A DNA stretch of 64,000 nucleotides, taken from Nitrosopumilus sp. (GTDB lineage Archaea; Thermoproteota; Nitrososphaeria; Nitrososphaerales; Nitrosopumilaceae). This document shows positions 29,882 through 39,929 of this stretch, piece by piece (position 1 is the first letter of the stretch; every line of letters begins with the position of its first letter). The translations under genes and the position numbers were made by a program. The stretch spans positions 256,001 to 320,000 of the forward strand of contig OZ244732.1 of assembly GCA_965219345.1 (NCBI GenBank), written 5' to 3'. Under the pieces are notes generated by a model. It worked only from the letters and a program-made list of their open reading frames with translations, was not told the DNA's origin and made no database searches.

Positions 29882-30993
29882 TTTGGCAGTTTGGATTCAA
29901 ACTCTGACCATTTGTTTGCCTTTTGCAATACATTATACCAATATTGGTTATAATGTTCTACAGTCAAAAACAGAAATTCTAAAAATTCTTTGTGGGAGAA
30001 TCCCTCAGGCAATAATTCAAGAGTAAGACGACCGTCTTGCAAATATAGATTACTTTTTTCCAGAGTAATTTCGAATCCTTTCTTCACATCATTTGCCAAT
30101 AATGAATAGTAGAGTGGCCAAGAAGGAATTTTTACAAATCCATTTTTAATAGAGTCTTCAATTTCGTTTCCACATCCAACACCTTCTGCAGCTCTTGCCA
30201 TACCCAGATAGAAAATTTCGCCCAATGGTCGTTCTGCCAAAGCCATGTTTCTACCAGCAGTTCCCATCACTGCTCGATATTTTTTGTAAGACAATGCCAT
30301 TTCTTCTTCAGTAATTTCAGTTGGTTTTGATTTTAATTTCTCATCAAGATACTGTCCTACTCTGGCATCTTTGAATCCTTCTTCAAATTCTTTTAGTACT
30401 TGTTCACCACCCTTTGAAATTTTGTTTCTAGCTAATTTCAAGATATATGGATTCATTAGTTTGTAATCATCAAGATAATCCAGGTCTTCGTCTTTGTCTA
30501 CAATTCTATCCATTGGTTCGCTAAGATCAATCGCCAAGATATGTCCCTCAACCATATCCTGTTTTAGTTGGGGATCATCTCGTCCTGTGTATTTTGCTGC
30601 AGCGTCAAACAATCCATTAAAAACAGGAAAGGTCATTTTTACAAAATTAGAGTTTAAAATTCTAGCAACTCTATCCTTTAGAACATCAATACTTTCTAAT
30701 TTTGATTTTATAGGCTCAATTTCAGATGCGTTCAGTATTATTTCAGTAGAGCCTACCTCATCACCAAATGCTTGCTGAGTAGAGTTTGGGTCAGTATCAG
30801 ACTTTATTTCATTAAGAAGACCTTGTGCAAATCTTTCTGCAAAATTTGGGAACCCATTTTCTGTTTCTTCTTTATATTTTTTAAATAATTTGTAACCTTT
30901 TGACTTGAACAGTCCCTGTTTCAATATTTGCTTTCCAGGTTTTGTGCTCATCAAAGCTTCTTTACTTGCAACAGATTGATCCTTGCCACTCAC
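29878..30993 (-). CDS. Hypothetical protein (core context)
   Basis: 371-aa ORF overlapping rfcL. Confidence 0.8.
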   Translation of the reverse strand: MSGKDQSVASKEALMSTKPGKQILKQGLFKSKGYKLFKKYKEETENGFPNFAERFAQGLLNEIKSDTDPNSTQQAFGDEVGSTEIILNASEIEPIKSKLESIDVLKDRVARILNSNFVKMTFPVFNGLFDAAAKYTGRDDPQLKQDMVEGHILAIDLSEPMDRIVDKDEDLDYLDDYKLMNPYILKLARNKISKGGEQVLKEFEEGFKDARVGQYLDEKLKSKPTEITEEEMALSYKKYRAVMGTAGRNMALAERPLGEIFYLGMARAAEGVGCGNEIEDSIKNGFVKIPSWPLYYSLLANDVKKGFEITLEKSNLYLQDGRLTLELLPEGFSHKEFLEFLFLTVEHYNQYWYNVLQKANKWSEFESKLPK

Positions 30994-31075
30994 AAACGTT
31001 GACTTGTTTATTGTTATTTATGCTTTCAAAACAAATGTTTACTTGACTTAAATTACGAAATCTTGAATATTCATT

Positions 31076-31876
31076 ATGGAAGTAATAGAAATTCTTCGTG
31101 AAGCTTCAAATAGAATTTATGAAAATGTAAAAGATCTTGCAGGTACTGAACATGCTGCAGGAGATTTTGGCAGAGGTGCGGGAGGAGACATTTCACGAAA
31201 CATAGACATTGTTGCTGAAAAAACAGTTTTAGATTATCTTAAAGAAATTAATTTTGAATGTGTTGTTTTGGGTGAAGAATGTGGGAGAGTAGAACTGTCA
31301 GATAATCCTAAGGGATACATAATCATGGATGCAATAGACGGTTCTGCTAATGCGGTACGTGGTGTTCCTTTTTTCTGCAGTTCATTAGCATTTGCAACTG
31401 AGAACAGACTTAGCTCGATTACAGACGGAGTCGTTACAGACCTATCAAATGGTGGGATGTACTGGGCTTCAAAAAACAAGGGTTCATTTTTCAACGAAGA
31501 GCAGATCAAAGTCCATAGTAGCGATCCAATCTACAAAATAGTCGGCATCAACATATCTGGAGCAACGCCAGACTTGATCAAACGATTACATCCAGTGTTT
31601 GAAAACCATAATCACGCAAGACATTTTGGTGCAAACGCACTAGAAATGGCATTATGTGCTAGAGGGTTATTAGATATTTTTGTTGATTTGAGGGACAAAA
31701 TCAGAATACAAGACATTGCTGCAGGATATCTAATTGTAAAAGAGGCGGGAGGACTACTGTTGGATGCAGATTTGAATCCACTTGATGCTGATCTAAGTTA
31801 TGACACAAGAGTTTCTTTTATTGCAGCTGCAAATCAGAAAATTCTTGATGAAATAATGTCACAGATCAATCCATGA
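31076..31876 (+). CDS. Inositol monophosphatase / FBPase family protein
   Basis: GEE, DAIDGSAN and DIAAGYLIVKEAGG motifs. Confidence 0.92.
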   Translation: MEVIEILREASNRIYENVKDLAGTEHAAGDFGRGAGGDISRNIDIVAEKTVLDYLKEINFECVVLGEECGRVELSDNPKGYIIMDAIDGSANAVRGVPFFCSSLAFATENRLSSITDGVVTDLSNGGMYWASKNKGSFFNEEQIKVHSSDPIYKIVGINISGATPDLIKRLHPVFENHNHARHFGANALEMALCARGLLDIFVDLRDKIRIQDIAAGYLIVKEAGGLLLDADLNPLDADLSYDTRVSFIAAANQKILDEIMSQINP

Positions 31877-32006
31877 ATAGATTGCAATAGAAGATTAAAT
31901 TATTACAAGTGATTTCATAGTTTTTTATACTTAGAACAATAATCAAATTTTTGAATGAAATTATAAAAGAAATATTTTTATCTAAAGTAGAAGAAAAACT
32001 TCTTGT

Positions 32007-32849
32007 ATGGTATCTGAGATGAAGGCAAAGGTCACATATATGGAAATGATAAAAGAAGACCTTGTAATCATACGATTAGTTCCAGAAAATGGGATGCCGC
32101 AATACAGAACTGGTCAATTTCTAACAATTGGTCTTCCAATACCAGCAGAAAAAAAGATAGTCAGAAGAGCATATTCAATTGCGTCAAATGCAGAGAATAG
32201 AGACTATTTTGAATTTGTAATCAGATGGGTAAGAAAACCACTACCCGGTCGTGTAACAACTGAATTATTTTATCTGAGTGTTGGTGATGAAGTACTTCTA
32301 GGAGACCCTACAGGAGCTGCATTACAAATTAGTGAAAAGCTACATAATGGAGAAAAAGACAACAGAAGGATAATTTGTGTTGGCGGTGGAACAGGATTAG
32401 CACCATTTATTGCATTTGCAAATCATTTCCACGATACCAATGACAAAAGAGAAGTAATTATTTTGCATGGAGCTAGTTATGTTGATGAATTAAGTTACAA
32501 ACGACTCTTGACGGATTTGGAAAATGAAAGCGAGAAAAGAGGAAGAGACCAATGGAACTTTAGATATAGAGCAGCCATTAGTAGGCCAAAAGAATTCTAT
32601 AACAGATCTTGGTCTGGTCATGTAGGCAGAGTAGAATCATTTTTCAAGCCTGATAAAAAAACTGGATTATCACCAATGGATGAGATGGTAGGAGAGGAAA
32701 TTACACCAGACAATACAATTGTCTACATTTGTGGATACCAAGGTACTATTGATGGGGTAATCGAATCTCTTGGTTCAAGAGGTTTTGTTACAGAACATGA
32801 GAAAAATCCTGACGGAAGCTTTGGAATAAAGTTTGAATCTTACGGATAG
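32007..32849 (+). CDS. Ferredoxin/flavodoxin-NADP+ reductase (paralogue 1)
   Basis: RAYSIAS, GGGTGLAP, YICG and ESYG-end. Confidence 0.9.
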   Translation: MVSEMKAKVTYMEMIKEDLVIIRLVPENGMPQYRTGQFLTIGLPIPAEKKIVRRAYSIASNAENRDYFEFVIRWVRKPLPGRVTTELFYLSVGDEVLLGDPTGAALQISEKLHNGEKDNRRIICVGGGTGLAPFIAFANHFHDTNDKREVIILHGASYVDELSYKRLLTDLENESEKRGRDQWNFRYRAAISRPKEFYNRSWSGHVGRVESFFKPDKKTGLSPMDEMVGEEITPDNTIVYICGYQGTIDGVIESLGSRGFVTEHEKNPDGSFGIKFESYG

Positions 32850-32957
32850 TAATATTTTTCAAAAAAATAATTAATTTTCATTTTTGAGATCAGAAAACCA
32901 GTTTTTATTAGAAAAGTTAACCCGTGGATTTTTATATCGTAATATTTTTGGTAAAAT

Positions 32958-33125
32958 ATGGCAAAACTCAAGTGTGGGGATTATGGTTTTGAGTGTGATT
33001 TTGTAGCCGAAGGGGAGATGGAAGAAGTTATTGAAAATTTTAGGACACACACGGATGATGTGCATGGGATAGATTATTCTAAGGAAGCCGTAATGCAGTT
33101 TCTCTTAAGAAAACAAGGCATTTAA
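32958..33125 (+). CDS. Small DUF1059-like metal-binding protein (55 aa, below the ORF-track cutoff)
   Basis: MAKLKCGDYGFECDF...HTDDVHG pattern. Confidence 0.8.
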   Translation: MAKLKCGDYGFECDFVAEGEMEEVIENFRTHTDDVHGIDYSKEAVMQFLLRKQGI

Positions 33126-33130
33126 TAGAA

Positions 33131-34207
33131 TTAAGCATCAAATCTTTTCATTGTTGCAGATAAAATAGGAACTTCTTTTGTAATAATTTTTTCAACTGCA
33201 GGTACAATGTTTATTCTAGCTTTAACACTTTCTTCATAAATTTCATAAATTTGATCTCTAAACAGTAATTTAATTCCAGGAAGTGCAGTAATGCCTTCTT
33301 CAACAGTTCTAGGATCTGACAAATCTAAAATCAGTGTGCCTTTTTTCTTTTCCTCCATAATCAATCGAATTCTATCATAGGTGATTAAGAAATAATCACA
33401 TGTTGTTGCAACAAAGATAATATCATATTTATCAAAACCGGCCAAAACATCGTTAAAGTCAACAGGATTTCCACTCAATAGTGTTGTAAATCCAGTTGCA
33501 CGATCAATTGTTCTACTCGTTACATCAAAGTCAATGCCTCTTTTTTTCAAAGCTTTTGCAACCATAGCAGCAGGCTCACCAGTGCCAATAATCAATACTT
33601 TTTTCTTGGCATCAAGTCCCGCTTTCTCATCTACTAGTTTTATTGCAACATCACCGAGAGAGGTAACTTCTTTTGCGATTCCGGTTGTATCTCTCATTCT
33701 GAGAGATAATCTAATTACGCTTTCAAATAATTTATTAAGAATTTTGCCAGAGACGCCTGCGCTCTTTGCCTTAGCTAATGAGAGTACAATCTCATCAAAT
33801 ATTTCTTGTTTTCCAATAACAGGAGAATCCAATCCAGATGCTAAACGTAACAGGTGAAGATATACATCATCCCCTTTGTATACTTCAAGAGTTTGATCAA
33901 AATGATCAATATCATTCTGTTCCAGTGAAGACAGAGGTATCCAAGTATCTTTAATTTGATTTAACACAAGAGTTCTTCCTTCAGGCCTCCGTGCATCAGG
34001 AGAATCAGAAGTTTCAACATTGCTTACTAAAAAGATTTCAACCCTACTTGCCGTTTGAATAATGATACATTCATCAACGCCAGAAATTTTTTTGAATTCT
34101 TCAGATGCTGCAATTACATCTTTAAAAGTAAATTTTGCCAATGCATGTAGAGGTACATTTTTGAAAGTGACCCTTGCATTCATTACATCGAAACTTACTT
34201 GACTCAA
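33131..34207 (-). CDS. Glutamyl-tRNA reductase-like protein lacking the catalytic Cys
   Basis: HemA-like motifs (HLLRLASGLDS, GTGE, DLSDPR), but QTASRVE replaces STCNR.E. Confidence 0.8.
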   Translation of the reverse strand: MSQVSFDVMNARVTFKNVPLHALAKFTFKDVIAASEEFKKISGVDECIIIQTASRVEIFLVSNVETSDSPDARRPEGRTLVLNQIKDTWIPLSSLEQNDIDHFDQTLEVYKGDDVYLHLLRLASGLDSPVIGKQEIFDEIVLSLAKAKSAGVSGKILNKLFESVIRLSLRMRDTTGIAKEVTSLGDVAIKLVDEKAGLDAKKKVLIIGTGEPAAMVAKALKKRGIDFDVTSRTIDRATGFTTLLSGNPVDFNDVLAGFDKYDIIFVATTCDYFLITYDRIRLIMEEKKKGTLILDLSDPRTVEEGITALPGIKLLFRDQIYEIYEESVKARINIVPAVEKIITKEVPILSATMKRFDA

Positions 34208-34217
34208 ATCATCACCA

Positions 34218-34916
34218 TTAAGATTTTATCTTCTCCCGTCCACCTTTTGCAGTTCGGAAAACATTCATTCCAATGAAAAAATTTTCATGTAACGATTTTA
34301 AATAAATGATATCATTCTCAGTATTTTGGATTTGTTTTTCAGTAGCTTCTGGATCATTTTTTAATTTTTCAAGTCTTTGATTTGTTTCCTCTAAAAAGTC
34401 ATCTACTCCGCGTTCATAATTTGAAACACCAGCATACTCAGGGCTAAGAACATGCTCAGGAATATAATCAGGAGTTACATCCTGGAACTTCTCAGCTTTT
34501 CTTGTAATAGATTCCTGTTCTTCTGCTGAAAGAATTGGCCGTGGGAATCGGTCTTCCTTCTCTAACCAAAATTCTGGTTCGCCCATCTCTCGTCTGAAGA
34601 TTTCCTCACTTTGTCTCTTAAACGTGTGAGCAGGGCCCTTCGCTTCGTCTTCTTTTACTTCATCAGCAATTGCCTTGTATTCTGCTTCTGCTGCAGCTTC
34701 CGCTTTTTCTTTTGCAGCTGCTGCTTTTGCAACAGCTTTTTGTAGCGCAATTTCTGCTTTTTCAGCTGCTTTAGCTGCCGTCTCTGCTTTCGCTGCTGCG
34801 TTAGTTGACACTTTAGTTTCTTTTTTTGTAGTTTTTTCTGTTGACGGTTTTCCGGATGATGAATCTTCGGTAGTTTTTTCTTCTACTTTAGATTCTTTTT
34901 CTTCCTCAGACATCAA
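34218..34916 (-). CDS. Hypothetical protein with an Ala/Lys/Glu-rich helical N-terminus
   Basis: 232-aa ORF. Confidence 0.75.
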   Translation of the reverse strand: MMSEEEKESKVEEKTTEDSSSGKPSTEKTTKKETKVSTNAAAKAETAAKAAEKAEIALQKAVAKAAAAKEKAEAAAEAEYKAIADEVKEDEAKGPAHTFKRQSEEIFRREMGEPEFWLEKEDRFPRPILSAEEQESITRKAEKFQDVTPDYIPEHVLSPEYAGVSNYERGVDDFLEETNQRLEKLKNDPEATEKQIQNTENDIIYLKSLHENFFIGMNVFRTAKGGREKIKS

Positions 34917-35341
34917 AATTTACTATTGTTGCCTGAATTTTAATATTCTTGTGTGAAAAATCATTCATCATTTCTTTTTTGAATAATAATATCTGCAAAT
35001 ATCATTCTGATTGGTAGTAAAATGATTTTTAGCTAACTGAATTTTGTAAAAATTATGGCGCCCTTGGTGGGTTCATGTCTTGTAGAATGGCGCCCTGCAC
35101 TAATTATTGTCAAACCAGTTTGATCGCTCATACTTAGTATAGTATAGTGACTGAGCTTTTGATATGGGTTGTGTTTTGGTTATTGTGTGATAACCTGTAA
35201 CATCAAATGTGAATATGCAGACAAAATACAGGGAATTTTTTTTTAGCTGATCCTATAGATCACAAGCTAGTTACATGCATCAAGATTGTTTTTAATATCA
35301 CATATACAATAACAAATCATGTTGCATGACGGTAACATTAC

Positions 35342-36826
35342 ATGAAAGAAAATACAAAATCTCCAGAGCTATTCATCGGACTGACTGGAGCAGTAGGAAC
35401 CGATCTAGATAAAATCTCTAAAATGTTTGATAAAAAGCTGCAGACGTTGGGGTATGCTACAGAAGTTATTGTCCTGAGCAAACTCCTAGGAATGATCAAA
35501 GGATTGGTGAATGATTATGACCTGCAAGACGAGTATGCTAGGATTATGGCACTGATGGATGCAGGGGACAAATTCAGACAAAAAACTGGGACGGGTAATG
35601 CATTGATCAAACTTGCCATACCTTATGTGATCAATATTCGAAACAAGATGAAGGGTTCCAATGACTCCAACTGCAGACAGGCCTACATATTCAAGTCACT
35701 AAAACACGTAAAAGAAGTACAAAAACTGCGCCAGGTATACGGTAAGAATTTTTGGCTTGTCTCTGTCTACTCACCGCACAATATTAGATCCAAACATCTA
35801 GCAGAGAAGATTTCAAACAGTAACAAAAACAATTCTGATGAGTATGTGATGAAACTGATAAAACGTGATGAACATGACAGTACAAATCCACTAGGACAAA
35901 ACGTCAGAGATACATTCTCAGAAGCTGATGTATTTCTCAATATGGAGTTAGATCTTGATGAATCGATTGACAAGTTTGTGGAGCTCTTGTTTGAAAATAC
36001 ACTAAACACCCCAACTACTGAGGAATCTGGAATGATGCACGCCTTTACTGCCTCCATGGCATCCTCCTCATTATCTAGGCAAGTCGGTGCCTCAATACTT
36101 ACAAAATTAGGTGATTTGATATCTACTGGAGTCAACGAGGTTCCCAAGGCACGTGGTGGACACTATGTTGTTGGAGATATCAACGATGCAAGGGAATGGA
36201 AGCTCGGTTATGACTCTAACACACGCAAAAAGACAGAGGCACTTACTGAATTTTTGACTAAGCTAGATGAGGAAAAATGGCTGTCAGATCATGTCTCAAG
36301 ATCGAATATGACTGCAAAGGCCTTGGAATCAAAACAAATCAGAGGTTCTGCATTTCTTAATCTGATAGAGTATGGAAGGGAAGTGCATGCAGAAATGTCG
36401 GCCCTCATGAGTGCACTACGTATTGGAATCTCAGTCAAAGGATGTACGATGTATTGTACAACTTTTCCATGTCACATCTGTGCCAAGCACATAATTGCAA
36501 GCGGGATCTCAAAACTAGTCTACATAGAACCTTATCCCAAGAGTCTGGCAAAAGAACTATACTATGATTCGATTACGGTGGATGAGGACATAATAAGAGA
36601 CAAAGTTCAGTTTAATCCGTTCATAGGAGTATCTCCCAGACGGCATATGGAGTTGTTCAGAATGTTAAAGAGAAAAGATAAAGATGGAAATAGCATAACA
36701 TGGAATCCAGATGATGCAGTCCTCAGATATGTAGAACCCACTGTGCCTTATAACAAAGAGCAACAGGAGGTCAATCAACTAGAAAAAATACTGTCCGATC
36801 AAGGATTAGAACTTGAAGAATATTGA
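35342..36826 (+). CDS. Anti-phage dCTP deaminase (P-loop kinase-like + deaminase; AvcD-like)
   Basis: IGLTGAVGT, LSRQVGA, GVNEVPK, HAE, TFPCHICAKHII and YIEPYPKS motifs. Confidence 0.93.
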   Translation: MKENTKSPELFIGLTGAVGTDLDKISKMFDKKLQTLGYATEVIVLSKLLGMIKGLVNDYDLQDEYARIMALMDAGDKFRQKTGTGNALIKLAIPYVINIRNKMKGSNDSNCRQAYIFKSLKHVKEVQKLRQVYGKNFWLVSVYSPHNIRSKHLAEKISNSNKNNSDEYVMKLIKRDEHDSTNPLGQNVRDTFSEADVFLNMELDLDESIDKFVELLFENTLNTPTTEESGMMHAFTASMASSSLSRQVGASILTKLGDLISTGVNEVPKARGGHYVVGDINDAREWKLGYDSNTRKKTEALTEFLTKLDEEKWLSDHVSRSNMTAKALESKQIRGSAFLNLIEYGREVHAEMSALMSALRIGISVKGCTMYCTTFPCHICAKHIIASGISKLVYIEPYPKSLAKELYYDSITVDEDIIRDKVQFNPFIGVSPRRHMELFRMLKRKDKDGNSITWNPDDAVLRYVEPTVPYNKEQQEVNQLEKILSDQGLELEEY

Positions 36827-37083
36827 CCAAATATTATTATAAGAAACCAGTCTTTCTGTATTGTATGCAGTCATTACAAAAAGGATGGTTGGAAAAAGTA
36901 TTCAAAGACGCAGCCGAAGCAGTGGCAAAAATGCCAAAGGAAGAACGCGAATACTATGAACAGCATTCCAACTAGATTCTCTGTATTTTAGATTACAATC
37001 ACTGTTTTCTTATGTTTGTTGCATAACGGCTCTGTAGCGTTATGGTGACCTGAAATATGATCTTCTCTGAATTGAAAATTTAT

Positions 37084-37829
37084 TTATTCAGTAGCCTTGT
37101 TCAAAGAAGCATTTTGTATGATCGTCTTCCACTTGTTAGCGTCCTCAACCTCAATCTTTGAGGCCTGCACGGGTGTCTCACCCACTCTAAACGCACCTTC
37201 AAACAAAACCCAGAACATTGCCCTGTCATGTCTGTTTGATATCTGTCCCAGAATTGAAACTATTTCATCTGATGTAAGAAGATCCTGAGATCTTACTGTC
37301 TGCTCGTTTCTGTCAATGTATCTAGACGGTTTTATCCAAGACACTTCTTGCACATACGGGTTCTCATCACGGTCTCCAATCTCTCCGGTCTTGGCGTAAT
37401 GTACAAGACGCAGCATCGTCATGGCGTATGCCTTTTTTGTCTCGCCCTTGTATGATTCATTGGATATTATATCAGACAATACTGATTCACAATCATTCTT
37501 TGTAGCAGCTTCAAGCAGTACTGGCGCATCAAACTTTGTGTTAAACAATCTTAGAATCAGTGTCAGTCTGTCTGCATAGTAGACTATTCTACCGTCTTTT
37601 TTTCCCGCAAGCTTTAGCTTTTCTAGAAATCTGACTGCAACGTCTCCCTGCTGTGTCTGTCCAAGTCTTTTCTTTATGCGACACAGCTTGCCTGCATAGT
37701 TGTGGATATCATCTGGATTTTTTCTAGTCAAAGGTACGGACAAAGATTGATCGGTATTTAAGCCAGTTTTTTTGCGGGATTTCTTTTTTCTAGAACTGCT
37801 CCCTTTGTGGGAACCGGAAAAAATGTCAA
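37084..37829 (-). pseudogene. Truncated tyrosine integrase (N-terminal half)
   Basis: DLLTSDEI...DRAMFWVLFEGAFRVGE, then homology ends; no HxxR or catalytic Tyr. Confidence 0.75.
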
Positions 37830-37831
37830 GG

Positions 37832-37906
37832 CGCCCTCGGCGGGATTTGAACACGCGTCTCAGCCGTGACAGGGCCGAATTCTAGACCAGGCTATACTAC
37901 AAGGGC
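37832..37906 (-). tRNA. tRNA-Asp(GTC)
   Basis: Cloverleaf GCCCTTG...CTGTCAC...TTCAAAT...CGAGGGCG. Confidence 0.93.
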
Positions 37907-38002
37907 ACAAGTACTTTGAATCAAATTGCTAGATTAAAAGTTTCGGTCACAACAAAAAATTTTGTAAAAGACTAAATTATACACTCAAAGCATTTTTCAT
38001 AA

Positions 38003-38076
38003 GGGTCTATGGCGCAGCCAGGTAGCGCACCGGACTTTTAATCCGGTTGTCGAGGGTCCGAATCCCTCTAGACCCG
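38003..38076 (+). tRNA. tRNA-Lys(TTT)
   Basis: Cloverleaf GGGTCTA...CCGGA CTTTTAA TCCGG...TAGACCCG. Confidence 0.93.
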
Positions 38077-38095
38077 CTACTTTTCTTTATAAAAA

Positions 38096-39556
38096 TTATC
38101 GAATTATTTCATTAACCTGTTTTTCCAAGTTTGTAATAGATGAGTTGATTTTATTTTCTCTGTTAGTAATAGTTGTTCTATAGTTGTTAATCTTTTGAAT
38201 TCTATCAGAAATCATTCTTTTTTGTTCATCATATCCTGAGGAACCATATGATTTTCTCTCCTTTAGAGAGGAGGCAACAGTTGTAGAAGAGATAATTTTT
38301 GAAACGATTTTTGGATTAACTTTAGTGCCAACCACAGATTTTTTAATTTCTGTTGGAGTCAGTTTTGAAATAGGTTTTTTTGAGTTATATGCTAATTGTA
38401 CTAATATGCCTGCAATTTTATGCGTCACTCTAAATGGGATTCCCTCTTGAACTAATTTTTCAGTAATATCTAGTGCAATAAGATTACTTGATTCAGTAAC
38501 TTTTTTCATTTGTTTTTCATTTACTTTCAAAGTGAGGAGCATTGATTTTAAAATTAACAATGCACTGATAGATATTTTTGATGTGGACCAAATAGATGAT
38601 TTTATTTGTTGTAAATCACGTCCATAACCTGTTGCCAGACCTTTGATAGTTGTTAGAATTGCTGTCAAGTTTCCAATAACTTCAGCAGTTTTACCTCTTG
38701 TTAATTCTAAAATATCTGGATTCCTCTTTTGAGGCATTACGCTTGAGGGAGATGTAAATTCATCAGACAATTCAATAAAAGAAAATTCAGATGTGGACCA
38801 GAGTACAAAATCTTCAGATATCCTACTTAAATTAGTCATCAAAATTGAAATCATTGCAACATATTCTGCCACAAAATCACGTGTACTTGTTGCATCAATA
38901 GAATTCTCAACAAGATCATCAAAGCCTAACATCTTTGCAGTACTATGTCTATCAATTGGGATGCTTGTTCCTCCAATAGGTCCTGCACCAAGTGGACTTT
39001 GGTTAACTCGTTCAAAAGTTCCATAAAGTCGTTGAAAATCTCTAGACAAAACATCTGCATGTGCCAAAAGATAATGAGAGAAAAGGCCTGCTTGAGCTTG
39101 TTGAAGATGAGTATAAAGGGGCATGATTGTTTTCTGGTGATTTTTAGCCACAGAAACTAGAGTTTCCATAGTATCCAAAAGACAGTTGCAAACAATATTG
39201 ATGTCGTCTCTAATTTTCATTCTAATATCTAAAACAACTTGATCGTTGCGTGATCTTGCAGTATGCATCTTTCCTCCACTAGCCATACCAGCCTTTTTGA
39301 TGACTAGTGATTCAACCAATTCATGAATGTCCTCTGCTCCAGACGATGAATCAAATTTTTCTTTTTTCAAATGTTTTAAAGCTAACAAGATTTTTTTTGC
39401 ATCATTTTTTGTTATGATGTTTTTTTGGTATAACATCAAAGTGTGAGCTTGGCTTCCAATAATATCATAGAGTGCAATTTCAAAATCATCATCCATTGAT
39501 GAAACGTAATCCAAAGTAATACCGCTCAAATCATTTCCAAGACGTGAACGATACAT
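38096..39556 (-). CDS. argH: Argininosuccinate lyase
   Basis: EDIH, HTARSRNDQ, THLQQAQ and SSVMPQKRNPD motifs. Confidence 0.96.
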   Translation of the reverse strand: MYRSRLGNDLSGITLDYVSSMDDDFEIALYDIIGSQAHTLMLYQKNIITKNDAKKILLALKHLKKEKFDSSSGAEDIHELVESLVIKKAGMASGGKMHTARSRNDQVVLDIRMKIRDDINIVCNCLLDTMETLVSVAKNHQKTIMPLYTHLQQAQAGLFSHYLLAHADVLSRDFQRLYGTFERVNQSPLGAGPIGGTSIPIDRHSTAKMLGFDDLVENSIDATSTRDFVAEYVAMISILMTNLSRISEDFVLWSTSEFSFIELSDEFTSPSSVMPQKRNPDILELTRGKTAEVIGNLTAILTTIKGLATGYGRDLQQIKSSIWSTSKISISALLILKSMLLTLKVNEKQMKKVTESSNLIALDITEKLVQEGIPFRVTHKIAGILVQLAYNSKKPISKLTPTEIKKSVVGTKVNPKIVSKIISSTTVASSLKERKSYGSSGYDEQKRMISDRIQKINNYRTTITNRENKINSSITNLEKQVNEIIR

Positions 39557-39605
39557 TACCTAAGGTTTTGGAATGGTTATATATAGCATCGACGCTTTTG
39601 CCCAC

Positions 39606-39929
39606 ATGAGTCAAGATATCAAACTACTACGAGTAAAAATCTTCGATAAGCTATCAACGATTGTGGATCCAGAAATTAACACATCAATTGTTGAACTAGA
39701 ATTAATTGATGAGGTTGATATCAATGATACCAATGTTAAAGTTGATTTGCATTTAACTAGTCCATTCTGTCCAGCAGTTTTTGGTTTTAAGATTTGTCAA
39801 GATATTCACGATCATCTTTTGAAGGTAGACGGAGTAGATGATGTTAAAGTAAATGTTTCAAATCACTTTATGGCAGAGCAGATTAACAATCAAGTAAACA
39901 ACAGTCCAAACCCAAAAAAACAGAGTTAA
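39606..39929 (+). CDS. MIP18/DUF59 Fe-S cluster assembly protein
   Basis: DPEI..SIVEL and LTSPFCP motifs. Confidence 0.88.
   Translation: MSQDIKLLRVKIFDKLSTIVDPEINTSIVELELIDEVDINDTNVKVDLHLTSPFCPAVFGFKICQDIHDHLLKVDGVDDVKVNVSNHFMAEQINNQVNNSPNPKKQS

Larger units (their letters stand above)
35056..37844. mobile_element. Remnant integrative element at tRNA-Asp
   Basis: GGCGCCCTTGGTGGG (35057-35071) vs GGCGCCCTCGGCGGG (37830-37844, tRNA 3' end), 13/15 match; an integrase fragment is adjacent to the tRNA. Confidence 0.75.

Noticed and set aside
34675-34800. GCT/GCA-rich periodic DNA
   Set aside because: Explained by the Ala/Lys/Glu-rich helix of the 34218-34916 protein.
37830-37854. SSV1-type split integrase overlapping the tRNA
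   Set aside because: No complementary integrase fragment is seen at the other att site; the overlap is probably only an open frame.
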